DNA from: Paraphysomonas bandaiensis
Taxonomy: Eukaryota > Protista > Chrysophyceae
NCBI GenBank assembly: GCA_965644295.1
Contig: CBFFRP010000432.1
Coordinates: 186,001-250,000 of the forward strand
DNA: 64,000 nucleotides
Direction: 5' to 3'
Shown here one piece after another: positions 12,435-25,380 of the stretch. Under the pieces are notes generated by a model. It was not told the DNA's origin. It searched no databases and saw only the letters and a list, made by a program, of their open reading frames with translations. Each line of letters opens with the position of its first letter. Within the stretch, counting starts at the first letter, position 1. Made by a program: the position numbers and the translations under genes.

Positions 12435-13579
12435 AAGGGCTAGGGAAAATATATTGTAAAATATATTGATTAGTGGACCGGCCAAATATTCCATCAATAT
12501 TGTTTCTGTTAAAATGGCTTACAAAACTATTGCAATCAATACTATGATAGTCATATATGAAAAGATTCTCAACTGTGGGGTGCAACATATACGTCCATAT
12601 CCATAAATATAAGGAAATAGCCTATTTTTGATGTTCTTTTCTAGTGTTTTTAATCGCCAGCTCAAACACTACTCTATACCTCTACAAATGTATGTACAGT
12701 ACTTAATATGATATAGATATATCATACTGATAAGAATAGACGAATGAAGGATGAAAGCATACAAAAGTAGAGATATTTACAGATGTTTTTGTAGTCCAGT
12801 TGAAGGTGAACCAAACAAGCACGAGTTCAAAGTCTGTAGGCGCAGACGACAACAGAATATTTGGAATAGATACAATAATTTAAACAATCACACATGATGA
12901 TGACTGGGAAGAGTCGATTGCGAAGTATTTACGGGATGTCTGCACCACTAGTCCGATGGATGCTTTCGTCTTTCAACCGTCCGATAAAGCGAGAAACAGA
13001 GTGAATTGTGGAAGAGAACCTTCCATTCACTTTCTGTGAGAAAAAATTAAATAGAAAGAGTCTTGTTTGGGTAAAATGACTGCAACGACACTTGACAAGT
13101 ATTTGGGACTTTTGGAGGTGAAAGCACGTGAAATCATAAAAGCTATGCTTTCACCTACATTTAGTCTAATAATTGACGTATGGACCATAGACTCCCACCA
13201 CTACAGTGCCATATTTGCCACCTTATATACACTCAATATGATGCTGTTTTTGAAAGCTAATCGACACTTGTGGCCGGATGCATGCATATTTCAATTCATT
13301 TTGAAAGAATATGGTGATGACGTCACCGATGTTGGCTCTGATAATGAGTATGAGGACATTTGTGATTAACTAAGCAGCACGAAGTCTTTGCTTGGAAGCG
13401 TAGTGGGTTTAGGTCATCATGCGAACTTAATGACGGGTACTAATCACGTGGATATTTGCTGAATAATGATACTAATATAGTGCAATAGTATTGTTGGGCC
13501 GGTTTAAAAATTCCATCAATACTATTGGTGAGACGCTATGTAACAATAGTATTGCAATATATTGTTCCCTCTTGCCCTG
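12435..13579 (+). mobile_element. Internally deleted, non-autonomous hAT DNA transposon
   Basis: Imperfect TIRs (AAGGGCTAGGGAAAATATATTG ... CAATATATTGTTCCCTCTTGCCCTG). 8-bp flanks ATTTACAA/ATTAACAA match 7/8, typical hAT TSD length. Transposase remnants ENLPFTFCEK and IIDVWT are joined directly to the C-terminal LNMMLFLKANRHLW. Confidence 0.8.
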
Positions 13580-13636
13580 ATTAACAATCTTAGACATGAT
13601 CTGTTATAGACTAACGATGTTCATAGCATTTTATTA

Positions 13637-13900
13637 AAATGCAGATTTAAGCTTAGTAATAGTAAGGAGAATGTTGTGATTATTAAATCGTAAAGTCATG
13701 AACACAGTAATATAGAAAAGTGAATAATAATGCGGAGCATAACTATCACATAACGGAATAGTTAGAAGTATAACTGATAATGACGATCATTATGATGACG
13801 ATCAAGTATCTTAAACAGATACAATCATTACTTCAGTCAATGATATATTTCATTGAACATCAAACTCACATATACTATCATATATAAAGATAAGAATCTT
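13637..13900. repeat. Inverted copy of the dispersed repeat at 2389-2644
   Basis: Reverse-complement similarity seen by eye over ~260 bp. Confidence 0.75.
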
Positions 13901-14796
13901 AGTAATTAAGTTTATATAATCTGTACTTATCACCAACGGGTTATCATTCAAAAACTCGAACTAAAGCATTTCATTGCATACCAATAAGCTAAACCCAACA
14001 AAAATAACTCAATGATCAAAACGGAATGCTCACTATCTGCATAACCAACTTTCATCATAGTCTCTAACTTCATGTTGCTGTTAGTCATCATCAGCACATA
14101 GAGTACACGAAGCAGATGTCTGACACAATCTACCATGAATTTAGGCTGACTTAATGCCGTGTTTTCAGTGCACATTCAACCCCAGAAAAGCAACATGAAC
14201 AAAACCGATCCCTGGCTGTCGTATGCATACATTAGTCAGGCAAATACATCAATAGGCGTGTTATTGAAGTTTATAAACAGTGCATCGACTACAGTGCTAC
14301 TGTATATGAACTGCAGTGTATTGCTATACTCTCAACGGTAGCTGAACTATACGCACATACAGAGACACGATCCGTCCGGTGCTTCCACAGATGCTTGTCT
14401 TACAGAAGTTACAGCCAGCATTGGATTGAATTTTGGTGTCTGTGTGTCACTATGAGGCTGTATCACATCTCTAGTACGTTCTAGTGAACTGTAGCGACAA
14501 TACGATCATATGTGTGGGACCTGCATGTGATGTGGACACTGGGACAGATCGTACATGTATACACCACACGACGTAGGTAGGTACATATGTAAGTATATAC
14601 TGCTGTCTGTACTACTCTATGTACTGCTCTATGTACTGCTGTATGTATGTACCTACGTACGGCATGTGTGCAATCATGTTGAGCGAGCCGAGGCAGTCTT
14701 TCCATATAATCTAGAGGTTTAGTGGGCATATTGTGTAGTGCTATCGAAACTTTAGTGGCAGTGTTCTAACTTACGTCACCTTTGGAGATATTTAGA

Positions 14797-15315
14797 ATGA
14801 ATGATGACGAAGCATCTCGTGCCTACACTAAAGCTCTAGAGCTCAAACGCCAGGGAGATTTCAAGAAGGCCTTAAAGCTGTTAGAGATCAGTCAGCGGCT
14901 TGCACCAGAATCTGGAAAGCAGCAAATCATAAATGAAATAAAAAATATGAGTTTCTCACAACATTCATCAAATTCTTCCTCGCCAGATAATTGTGAAGGC
15001 TTCAATGGGACTCCTGCTTCTTCCACTCTCACTACTATACAAAGAGTATTCGAAAGCATTAGAAATCAAGTCATCGATATGGAGAATCGGTATATTGCTC
15101 CATCGATGAGGCAATATATTCGAATAATGTTTTGCATTATTTGTGTTTTGGTGGTTTACAAATTTATTTTCAAGCAGAAGATTGCATTTGGGTCTCTTCC
15201 TGGGGATATATATTATTCTACTCCTAACACCTATGTATCCGCACCTATTGCATCTTCTCTACTTATTTCATTTTTTCTTAATGCTGGGCTGCAGCTCTTT
15301 AATAGGCAGCAATGA
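14797..15315 (+). CDS. Small membrane protein: TPR-like/DNAJB12-N-like helix pair plus C-terminal DUF2905-like segment
   Basis: N-terminus MNDDEASRAYTKALELKRQGDFKKALKLLEISQRLAP. C-terminus has a TM helix, then FGSLPGDIYY...APIASSLLISFFL, resembling the GxLPGDI motif of DUF2905. Confidence 0.6.
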   Translation: MNDDEASRAYTKALELKRQGDFKKALKLLEISQRLAPESGKQQIINEIKNMSFSQHSSNSSSPDNCEGFNGTPASSTLTTIQRVFESIRNQVIDMENRYIAPSMRQYIRIMFCIICVLVVYKFIFKQKIAFGSLPGDIYYSTPNTYVSAPIASSLLISFFLNAGLQLFNRQQ

Positions 15316-17016
15316 TTAGTAATAGATATGCTTACACTACCATTATGAAATGTGCCTCTTCGTTCTGTAATAATTATTCGTCTAGTACATTTAGCATTTC
15401 TTTCACAACAGCTAGCTTGAAGTTAAAGTGGCGAACTCAATTTAGAGTACTGCCTCCGTGATCGGAGAATACTTGCTGAAGATGATATGGAGAAGTGGCA
15501 CGCAGTCCTTTCAGGGTTAGGGTCACTACTGGATTGTATGCCCCTAATCATACGCACAGCATTCAAGTCAGAGGAATCAAATGTTAAGTGTGTTGAATAT
15601 AAATGCAATGATGATTCACTACAATTTTCACATTCAACATCACGCCTATGTACGAATTTCATTACCTCGCAGTTTCCTCAGTGGTTGAGACACCTTTGTT
15701 GTAGCTATTATTAGAATTTGGGAATTTATTGTTTAAGTTAATCTAGTATAATTTTTATTCCCTTATGTAGATACGATTTTGATATGATACTTCTTTAATG
15801 TTAATCAGGCAAAGCTACAATTTAACCTAGGGTTAAGGAGACGATGATAGAGGGTAATTACTAAAGCTAAGTCTCTGATGGCTTTTAGCTCCTCTCGTTT
15901 TCAGCTCTACTCCACCAGAATATCAGAGCTAGGTGTAGTTTGTCCTGCACGATCTCACTTACAATGCAGTTCAGGTAGATAGTTCATTAGTGGGAAACAG
16001 TGGTGACGCAAGGGTCCAGAACATTTTGTGTTCAGTTACGCCACGAAACTCACCAATGCGAATATGTTTTGCCTGAACCCTTCTGGTCAAAAAACATTAC
16101 ACAAGAATTTGTGAGTGACTTTTAAATTAGCAGAGGCTAAGTATACGACATAATTATGGTGATCTTTGTTGATGTGCAAAAACTGCCTTTATATATAGCA
16201 ATTGATACATTCAATTGAACCTATATACTTGTTTCCTTTGTTTCATCTGTAATTTCCTCGTAGTGGTCAGAGATATCAAACATTCGGCCATCGTTGATAG
16301 GCAGCGTCATTGGTAAGATATCAACAGACTACTTCCTCTAGTTGAGATATAGGCTTGTTTCATATTTTGTTGAAGCTATAGAGTGTCATACTCATCTGAA
16401 TAATGCAAAGAGTACCTTGCAAGACGTAGGTGTGAACATGAGCTGCATAGTCTCTCCGCTCTGCCCATCCGATATGCTGCTCAAACTAAGCTGTAAGCTA
16501 TAAGTATCCCTATAGCTCGATGGGGACTACATTTCCTTGGACTTGAACTACTTTATCGAGCCCTACCCATGGCATCATACTATACGATAGTAGGATAGTG
16601 TGAGATTGCTAGATATGATGGACACATGGACACATGGACACACACAACAACAGGAGTGAGTGCGGGGTATACTGCTGTGTATACGGGTGTATACTTCCTA
16701 TGTTGGTATCTTTTCATATTCAGCTACGTGGCCAAACCACGGCCACATCACCAGCAGCAGCACGCAATCAGAAGGAATTCAACATATGATGATATATGAG
16801 TATGTGTTTCCCTGCCTTGAATTCCACACGAACGAAGTGAGCGATATAGATATGAATGAAGTCTAAAGAAAGTGAAGTTATTGGCTGTATGTGATACGTG
16901 AATATACAGTAACTAACATATCTGGAATAGACTGAGACGAGCCATACATAACTAACCCGTTTAAGAGACGACTGATCCCATATCGATACATTCAACGACA
17001 AGTCTCTGTGAGATCG

Positions 17017-19066
17017 ATGGGGTGTGGAAGCAGCTTATCAGATGGAGGTCTATACAGTGTAGAAAGTGTATCCATCTATCTGATATGTGTGTGTAGATAT
17101 AAGTGCCTTCATTGCCGTATATACCACTTATCAACGAGATTTCACTGCATTACGACTCACAGAAATTGATGTCAAGCATCTCTATAAAGTCTTCATTGAT
17201 CTCGATGAAGAAGGATCAGGATTTGTTAATATTTCTGATATATGCGCTCGCTGTGGTGTGAAGGAGACTCTATTCACAAGACGGGCGCTCTCCATATACG
17301 ATGAGCACAATAAGGGGGCTGTTACTTTTCATGAGTTTGTGGTATTGTTGTGGAATATATGCACTCTTTCAACTATGGCTCTTGGTATGTTTATTATAAG
17401 ATACTTTGGGTGTCTTGTATTCACGTGTTGATGTAGTGGACTACGTGTTTGAGTTATATGACACTGACGGCAGCAAGGACATCGACCTGGAGGAGGCCCT
17501 TGTTCTGATAACAGACATGTACGGGGAGCAATTCTCCAAGAATTTAGAGGTCATTTCCTGTGTATTTATTCTTACCTGCTTCTTACTGACATTTTTGTTT
17601 ATTGGCAGGCTGTGAGGTAATTCAGAACACTGATCATGTGCTCTTATGCGTTGATTACTGTTCGTGTACTCAGAGTGCACCGCGAGATCAGCCACTTGAA
17701 AAAAGTCAAAACAATTGACATCAATGTTTTTCATTATTTCGTTAAAGTTAACTATTCTTTAATGGATCCAGCGTACGGACTTCAGAGACAGTTAATCAAT
17801 GGGGTGGGGTTTGTTCATTCTTCTATTCCACATACGTATTATTTATCTGTATGCTTGCAACACACTATACATTGGTATGAAGTGTGGTAACTGATACGCT
17901 TTACTTCCAACAGATTTTAGGTGAAGAGTTCTGGGTTCGACATGGAAAACGCAGAGTGGAATCCTATGGCTCGAAGGGTTATCTCAGTGCTGATGAGATT
18001 CTTGCGAGTTATGGCCGGCGGAACGTTCCCAAGGTGCCTGCACACATGAAGGCCAAGAAAGTGAGAAGGATGTCATCAGAAAAAAATCCAGGCCTAGGAA
18101 GTGAGAATATAGATAAGAAATCTAAGGAGTGGCGGGAAAGCAGAATTTCTGATAACAATCCTGACACTGCTGTGTACGTATCTTATCGCTCGTACGACTG
18201 CATGCTCGCATATATTCTGCATTTCTTTCGATAATTTGTTTATTCGTTTTTTCATAACAGGGGCCTTGATAGCTTCGTATCGAATAAAGGCTCAGGGTAA
18301 GTGTCCTAACTCAGAACTTTTTATAATTTTACTTATCATTCATAAACTTATAGGCTTCTCTCAGTCGGATCATCGACGCAGAACCTCCTGTACGTGTATA
18401 TAGTGATTATTGGGGCTGAGTAATGAATGTAATGTACAGGGACTTCAAAGAAAAAAGTAAAAACCCTCAAGGTCGGCGACCCAGTCTAAGGTGTGCTTCA
18501 TATTATGTACACAAGTGTATGAACGCGACATATCATTATTCCTCCTGTATTCTGTCTTTTTAATTGAGAAATGTATATATATTCAGCAAGGAGACAAGTG
18601 CCGAGCGAGATATATCGAGTAGGCGTGGAAGCATCACTCGAACTGATTCAATGTAAGATGCATATTCTGCTGTGCCATATTCGTATGCGTTGTTGCTAGC
18701 ACATACCATGATGTGTACTTACATGTGCTACACTGAGCACTGCATTGTATTCTTGTTTAATTTGGGTGCGGTAATTACGTGATGCGCAGGAACTCTCGTA
18801 ATGGGTCCAGACGAAACAGTCTAACGGCTAACGGGGATGAATCCTCAAGAATTCGCTTTCTCTCTAGTAAGGAGATCAAAGTAAGTCCAATGAAAGGAAG
18901 TCGAAAATTATTCAACGCAATGGAGAAGGAACCATCGAACCCTTATCAGCTCACACGACGAGGCAGCAAATCGGGAGGTAACATATCACCTGTTTTGAAT
19001 TCGTTCAGTGACTTCAGTTGTGATGTCGACAGGTTCGAACACTGTAAATTTACAGTAATATTGTAA
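17017..19066 (+). CDS. N-myristoylated EF-hand protein (calcineurin B/recoverin-like) with low-complexity Ser/Arg tail, multi-exon
   Basis: MGCGSS start; EF loops DLDEEGSGFVN, DEHNKGAVTFHEF and DTDGSKDIDLEE; many short GT-AG introns. 3' exons are approximate. Confidence 0.75.
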
Positions 19067-19812
19067 AGCTCTAAATTTGGTTGTGACATCTGAATGACAG
19101 ATGACTCTGCACGTATTAATACAGTACATTCTTGTTGCTGTAGGTTTGAAGATAGTGTTGGTTGATAAGTTATTGTGCCGTATGTGTTATGTTATGGTGA
19201 TATATACTTCTCTTTTTAGTGGTACTGTACTCACAACTTCGATACAGTGGGAGTTTTCTGTTTCCAATTTTACTTAATAAGATAACCATATCAGTTTGAT
19301 GATATCCTCAGTAGAACATTGAATTGAATATACTTTTCTATCATTTCACTTTTGTATGATAATAATGTACCACTTTTGTATTTTACAAACTATTAAACCC
19401 TGGGCTGTTGCATGTCGTAATATTATCCTGGAAATATGTGGTATATTAGTGTCCCATAGTCTAGCAAGTAGCTAGCTAAATGCTATACACTCGACTCCTA
19501 CTTTGTCGTAAACACTGTATGCCTTCATTATAGAATAAAGGAAAAAGTACCGATACACAGGTGGAAATGAATTGTGGGTAGAGTTATCAGAACACGCACG
19601 GAAACAATGCACTGTGTCACTTTATTGTTATAAAATACGTGAACAATACTCTCACAATACACTCACAATTCATTTAATAAACAAAAATATACAACTAGCA
19701 ACTAGCAGGGCAAGGTGGAATTGCTTTGTAATAGTCTGTACAGAGACACAAAATGACAACGACGACGTAATATTCGGGAGAGCTGATAATATGAGGCACA
19801 TTTATATACAAA

Positions 19813-22198
19813 TCATATTTCCTCGTCATCAGACTCCCCAAACATACTGTCCATCGCTTTTGTAGCAAGTTCATCTAATGGAGATATCACCACCGGTCGT
19901 CTGTCGTCGACACCGTCACTTGCATCCGCCGCTTGCCATAGAATACTCAATCTGCAGACCGAAGCACAAGTTGATGAATTCCCTACAACTACACTATCAG
20001 TAATGTTTGCCTCTATGGGCGCCGAGGCAGCTAGACGGAATGGTATCTTGCTTCCCAAACACATATCGTCTGACTGATCACATGAAACGGTAGAATTGGT
20101 GGGCACTTCACATTCTTGTGGGCAGCGCCGCCGTACTGCAAGGCACCTATGTGGGCACGTTCTGTCCACCTGCGATCCCCGCCAAAACTCTATCACACAC
20201 ACTGACCGTCTCCCCTTCAGAAGAGGACGTACGCTGTGATATTTATGAGAGACAAAGCACAAGGCATCGAGATATCCGAAACGGTGAGTTTTGAAGTTTC
20301 CATCCCTCTCTAATGTCTGCACTTCACCCCCCTCAAAGTCGTCACCAGGGGATGAGAGCATGATATCAAGGGTAATGAGAGAATCCTGATCATAATGAAA
20401 AGAATCTCCAAGTCCTTCACTCGGTGCGAGCTGTGTATGGTATTCAACAGCTCTAATACTGAATCCTCCCTTTAGCAACCCCCATTGTTCAGTTTCATCT
20501 ACCCGCTGTACGGCCTCGCATAACCGTGAACGTAGATCTGACATAGTCTTTGCAAACGCCCCGTCTGTGTGAAGAAACAAAACTTCCCAGAGACTACTGC
20601 TACGACTGCGTACCTCTCGACCTAGACGTGCCGCTGATGGTAAGTTTGAGTTGAGTTTCTTTCCTGCTAGTGAATGAAGCGCCAACGCATCTGACTCCGA
20701 GAGCAACGCTGGGATCACAACCGCATTAGTGGCCTGAGCGTGTGATACGTCCATAGAAAGATCAGCTTCCTTTGACCCCATGAGATTGTGACGAATTCGT
20801 GCAGCAGCTTGTGTATCAAGAGTTTCCACGTGGGTTTGCCACCAACTTGTAGTTATACTTCCCTCATTAGGCCAATGAACTGAAACACATGGCACAAAGC
20901 CCACCGGATGCTTGGAATGCATTTCCACCAACTCATAAAATCTACCGGAACGCCCAACGCATTCAACAGCTGCGGTTACTCGATTCATACATGAGTACTC
21001 CATGTCCGCTTGGCTTCCACAAGCCAAGATTCCCCATGGATGTAAACTTCCCACCACAGCACTTAAACACTCTACACTTAAGCCAATCAAAGCGCACGAG
21101 CTTATCAGGACAGCATCATATTTCTCAGTCAGCAAAATGTCATCCATATTCCCACCTACAACTACCCGCAGATTGCGAATTGTATCCCGTTGTATTGAGA
21201 AGAGCTCCATCACACTTTCAGCTTTTATTTCATCCTCCTCGACGAGAGTGACGTTCACTGCGAATTCACCACTAGTAACCGCCTTGAAGAAGATTCCAAC
21301 GGCATGCAATGATGCTCCTAAAAGGAGAACTTCAAATGGCTCGTCTCCGCAACGATATGGGAGGGAAATCGAGACGGAAGCCAAAAGCATAGCTGCCAGG
21401 GTTGTTTCATGCCAAGTCTCGAGGTCAGGGACAGAAATATCACTGGGTAAGGGAGAGACCACAACCTCCATCGCAGGTACAGCATTTGGTCCTCTCCAGG
21501 TATCCTCAACAAGCTGTCGAACTACAATCCAGTCATCTTTCTCTTCCACCTGATCCGCTCGGGAACTCTTTAGTCTACGTTTTCGCCTGGATCTGTTGGC
21601 ATCTTCACTGTATTCACCGAAATCGCTACACTTCACCACATCAAGAATACTAAACCCCCTGTACATTTGAGTTGGCATATGTTGCAGTTCTTCTGTTACA
21701 AGGCTTAGCGCCTTAGAGTGTTTCAATATTTTTACAGCCCAGATCACATCGCCTGCTTGGGATGATCCAGGTGTGATAAGCATAGAGAGGGACTGTAGAA
21801 ATGCAAAGTGACTTCCCCCATTAACCTCTGGCATACTAGACAAAGCTCCTGTCAACCTGAAATTAAGATCTGGTGAGTTGATAGCAGTGCACAGAGGTGT
21901 GGGATGAGTACCTGTTGCGGTATATGTACTCTCCCGCACAGTATCCTCTGCCCTGCACACTCCATCCCCATCCACTGAGTCTCCTATGTACATACTCCTG
22001 TAGACACTCCATAAGATCCTTGATAGCCTGTCTGAGGTGTTGATAATGAGTTGTATCACTCTGTATCACTATTAATAGAGGGACTATCCAGTTCTTATCA
22101 ATCAGACCCTCTGCTACACTCTCAATAGAAGAAAGATCCCCCTGGGAGAGAAGGGACTGTATGTGAGAGGTCAGAGACTCTACTGTCGAGAGGCTCAT
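19813..22198 (-). CDS. Degenerate SAM-methyltransferase-like (spermidine synthase/METTL13-like) domain fused to a 2OG-Fe(II) oxygenase
   Basis: Exon 1 (22198 to ~21912) splices in frame into the 748-aa ORF. Oxygenase motifs HYDQDS, DFEGGE, YHSVRPLLKGRR (HxD...H...R). Central EVLLLGA...VTLVEED...KYDAVLI is Rossmann-like. Confidence 0.7.
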
Positions 22199-22931
22199 AG
22201 TGTAGTTCTAATAGAGAGGGGTGTGGAAGTCTCTCTCTATATATACATATATGTATGTATCATATAGAAGATTGTTGTGGACATCTGAATACGCACGATA
22301 CACGCACACTACTGTATATACAGTACATGGGTACACAACTACGATGATGATGAATATGATACAAAGAGCTAAAAATCAATGGTTTCGAATATCAAAAGTC
22401 TACATTTTATATCACTGTAGGAAAAAAAACATGTTTTATCATCTGCAGATTATGTGGTTTGACAGCCACATGTCCTTTCAAGATCTCATTAGGATTCATG
22501 GTCATAAGCTCCTCTAAAACATTGCATACAGTTGTTTATATTGACGATGCAATCATAATTTCCACACTCGAGGTGGAGATGCATACATCATCAATGAACT
22601 TACTTGGATGTGAGTTTTCTATACGATGAGTTTGGAAAGAGACTCTCAGCTAGAGGCTGATGATGAATAGTATGAGCTGCTATTCAACGGTCTGATTATG
22701 CAGTGTCAGTGGGTCATGTGATCTGCTGACTGCGTGGTCTGATACATCCGGTGATATACAGAAGGTAAACATCAGTGTTGTTGTGTGCTGTATATTACAT
22801 ACTGGCCAATGATAATCTTCACAAAACATGCCGTTTACCCGACATAATTCTCTTGATGATCCTGTGATGTGAGGCCATCGTGTGTAATGTACTTGTATCG
22901 TATATGTACTGCACTTTATGTATATACATGA

Positions 22932-23147
22932 AATGTGAATGAGGAGATAGTGATGCCGCCCCAGTCTAAGGGCAAATGCCAGTGCGGAGAGCATCCAATT
23001 ATCGTTTACTGACACATTGCATGTGTATACGTATGTGTGTGTATCTTGGCATGATCGATATATAATGTGAATGAGGAGATAGTGATGCCGCCCCAGTCTA
23101 AGGGCAAATGCCAGTGCGGAGAGCATCCAATTATCGTTTACTGACAC
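22932..23147. repeat. Direct duplication of an ~85-bp segment
   Basis: AATGTGAATGAGGAGATAGTGATGCCGCCCCAG...TTTACTGACACA occurs at ~22932-23016 and ~23063-23147. Confidence 0.9.
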
Positions 23148-23524
23148 ATATTATCGATCTTGCTTTATGTCTATATGAAAGCTGTGTGATGATACAATGG
23201 ATTCCCCTTCAAGACGTTCACCTAGTGATCGCTGATTGATTAGTCCTAACTGACAGCTTAAAATCTGTATACCTTTATGCGTTTTATTCAATTAATCGTG
23301 TATTTTCAGAATCGCCTAAAATGGACCTCGACCTTTGAAGTCCAAAGATTGAAACAACATTTTGGGTAGGTACCATGTCAATTTCATTTTCTATATATGA
23401 AACGTATACACGTATATTGTGGTGGGGTATGATGAGAAATCAGTTCTCCCTGAGGCTCTTGTGGCCATGTTGACGAAACATAGTCTTCAAAGTTCCCTGA
23501 CCCAATCACACACCACACTTTTAC

Positions 23525-23720
23525 TCGTAACAAGAGTGATGTCACTTTTTATTCCTGATGATATTGTCATTGGAGGATATGTCATAGTTACTCTGACTTG
23601 TATACGACAATATTCTCAATATTATATATATCTATATCTGTGCTCGTAGCAAGAGTGATGCCACTATATATTCCTGACGATATTGTCATTGGAGGATATG
23701 TCATAGTTACTCTGACTTGT
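23525..23720. repeat. Direct duplication of a ~78-bp segment
   Basis: CTCGTA[A/G]CAAGAGTGATG...GGAGGATATGTCATAGTTACTCTGACTTGT occurs twice with a few mismatches. Confidence 0.85.
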
Positions 23721-23989
23721 CTACGTGGTGCTCTAGTATTTACTGTATTTGATGATTGCATTATTATTTTTATAATTTTTGCATTCTATAGGTTCGCAAA
23801 TCGCTGGCAAATGTACTCAAATTAGCTGCGTGTCGATTGTAATAGTTTGTCTAACTCTTATGCGCTCAAATATCACGTTATGGATTATTGCTCCCTATCC
23901 CTGATCTACTTCCAGAGCTCACAAAACGGCGGTAGGCCATTCCTTTCTGTGTGAAAGAAATAAACCAAAGAAAGTAATTTAGTATAATA

Positions 23990-24341
23990 TAATATACTAT
24001 ATAGTGTTACTAAGTTGCTACTAAGTGTGAATAGAAGTAAGTGTTACTAAGTAAGTGTCGAAAGGTTATGTAAGTAAAAGTTACGTTGTATCGAATATAA
24101 TATAGTGTTACTAAGTTGCTACTAAGTGTGAATAGAAGTAAGTGTTACTAAGTAAGTGTCGAAAGGTTATGTAAGTAAAAGTTACGTTGTATCGAATGTT
24201 AGTTATGTAAGTAAAAGTTACGTTGTATCGAATATAATATAGTGTTACTAAGTTGCTACTAAGTGTGAATAGAAGTAAGTGTTACTAAGTAAGTGTCGAA
24301 AGGTTATGTAAGTAAAAGTTACGTTGTATCGAATGTTAGTT
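23990..24341. repeat. Minisatellite, ~100-bp unit x3 plus partial units, built from TAAGT subrepeats
   Basis: ATAGTGTTACTAAGTTGCTACTAAGTGTGAATAGAAGTAAG...GTTACGTTGTATCGAAT is tandemly repeated. Confidence 0.95.
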
Positions 24342-25222
24342 AATGGTAAAAATGAAACAAACTAAGACTAAGGAACAGATAGCAAAAAATATTACTAAAT
24401 AAGTAGAAACAAACGATGCAGGAAGCAGTGTTAAGTCAGCCGACGGAAATGAATTGGTTTCAGTGAGCTGGTCATGATACCGTGATGTCTCCGTTCGGCT
24501 GTTCGAGCTGCCACATGCTGCTGCTCGTTTAAAGTATCCATTCCCTTGCGGCGAATATTAGTAACGAATCATTTCATCCAGTGTATCTGGACAAGTAAGA
24601 GCATGCAATGTCTGATAGAAGGGATCAGGACTGCGGTCTTCCATGATCGAACACTCTGCAGGATCGTCAGGCAAGGGAGTAAAATCTTCCTCAAGCTCCA
24701 GAGCGCAAGTAAAACTCCAGGATTGTCAGGCAAGGGAGTTTTACTTGCGCTCTGGAGTATATTCTGGATACGAGTGTATGTATGGGAGTTCTATGAGCTC
24801 TACTGGGATGCCCTTCGCGCTAACGAGAACAAAAGCGTCGTTTTTCATCGTCTTGTCATGGAGCATGCCAATAAAGAAGTGTCACTCCAGGCAACACTCA
24901 CTGTGAGGACACGAATCTTAGTCGTGATGATAACTCTGACTTGATTGCAGTGAAGTTGTGATTGTGTAGTAATCGCAAATGCTATGCGGCTGACTAAAGT
25001 GTGACGTCGAACAGAACATTGAAGTATGGGCAGGCACTGGTATATGAACAGCGTTTTGGAACTCCAAGAAGCAGATAGGGATGGTTTGAGGGAACAAGAT
25101 ACCATCATCCAGCTGAAATCTTGATGTCGTGCTGCAGAAACCGCAACTTCAATTAGATAGTAGCGAATGCCACGCACTTAGATAGTGATTTCTTGGAATT
25201 CCAATAAGGCAACAATTCTGTG

Positions 25223-25380
25223 TGTGGGAATAAGATCCAGCAGAATATGTCGATCCAGCAAAAAAATCCAGGCTTTTTTGATGCATGTTGTTTTTTGACG
25301 AATATATTTCAGAGAAATAACGAAAAAAGGTCGATTTTTTTGCTGGATCGACATATTCTGCTGATCGACTTATTCCCACA
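25223..25380. mobile_element. MITE-like element with ~47-bp inverted ends
   Basis: Perfect 31-bp inverted pair at 25238-25268 and 25333-25363, extended by TGTGGGAATAAG / CTTATTCCCACA. Confidence 0.65.

Noticed and set aside
20889-21653. Plus-strand ORFs here, and similar short ORFs opposite the LRR, IQ/WW and pol genes
   Set aside because: Antisense shadows of longer, motif-bearing ORFs.
23990-24341. Possible CRISPR array
   Set aside because: Units are contiguous with no unique spacers, there are no cas genes, and the context is eukaryotic.
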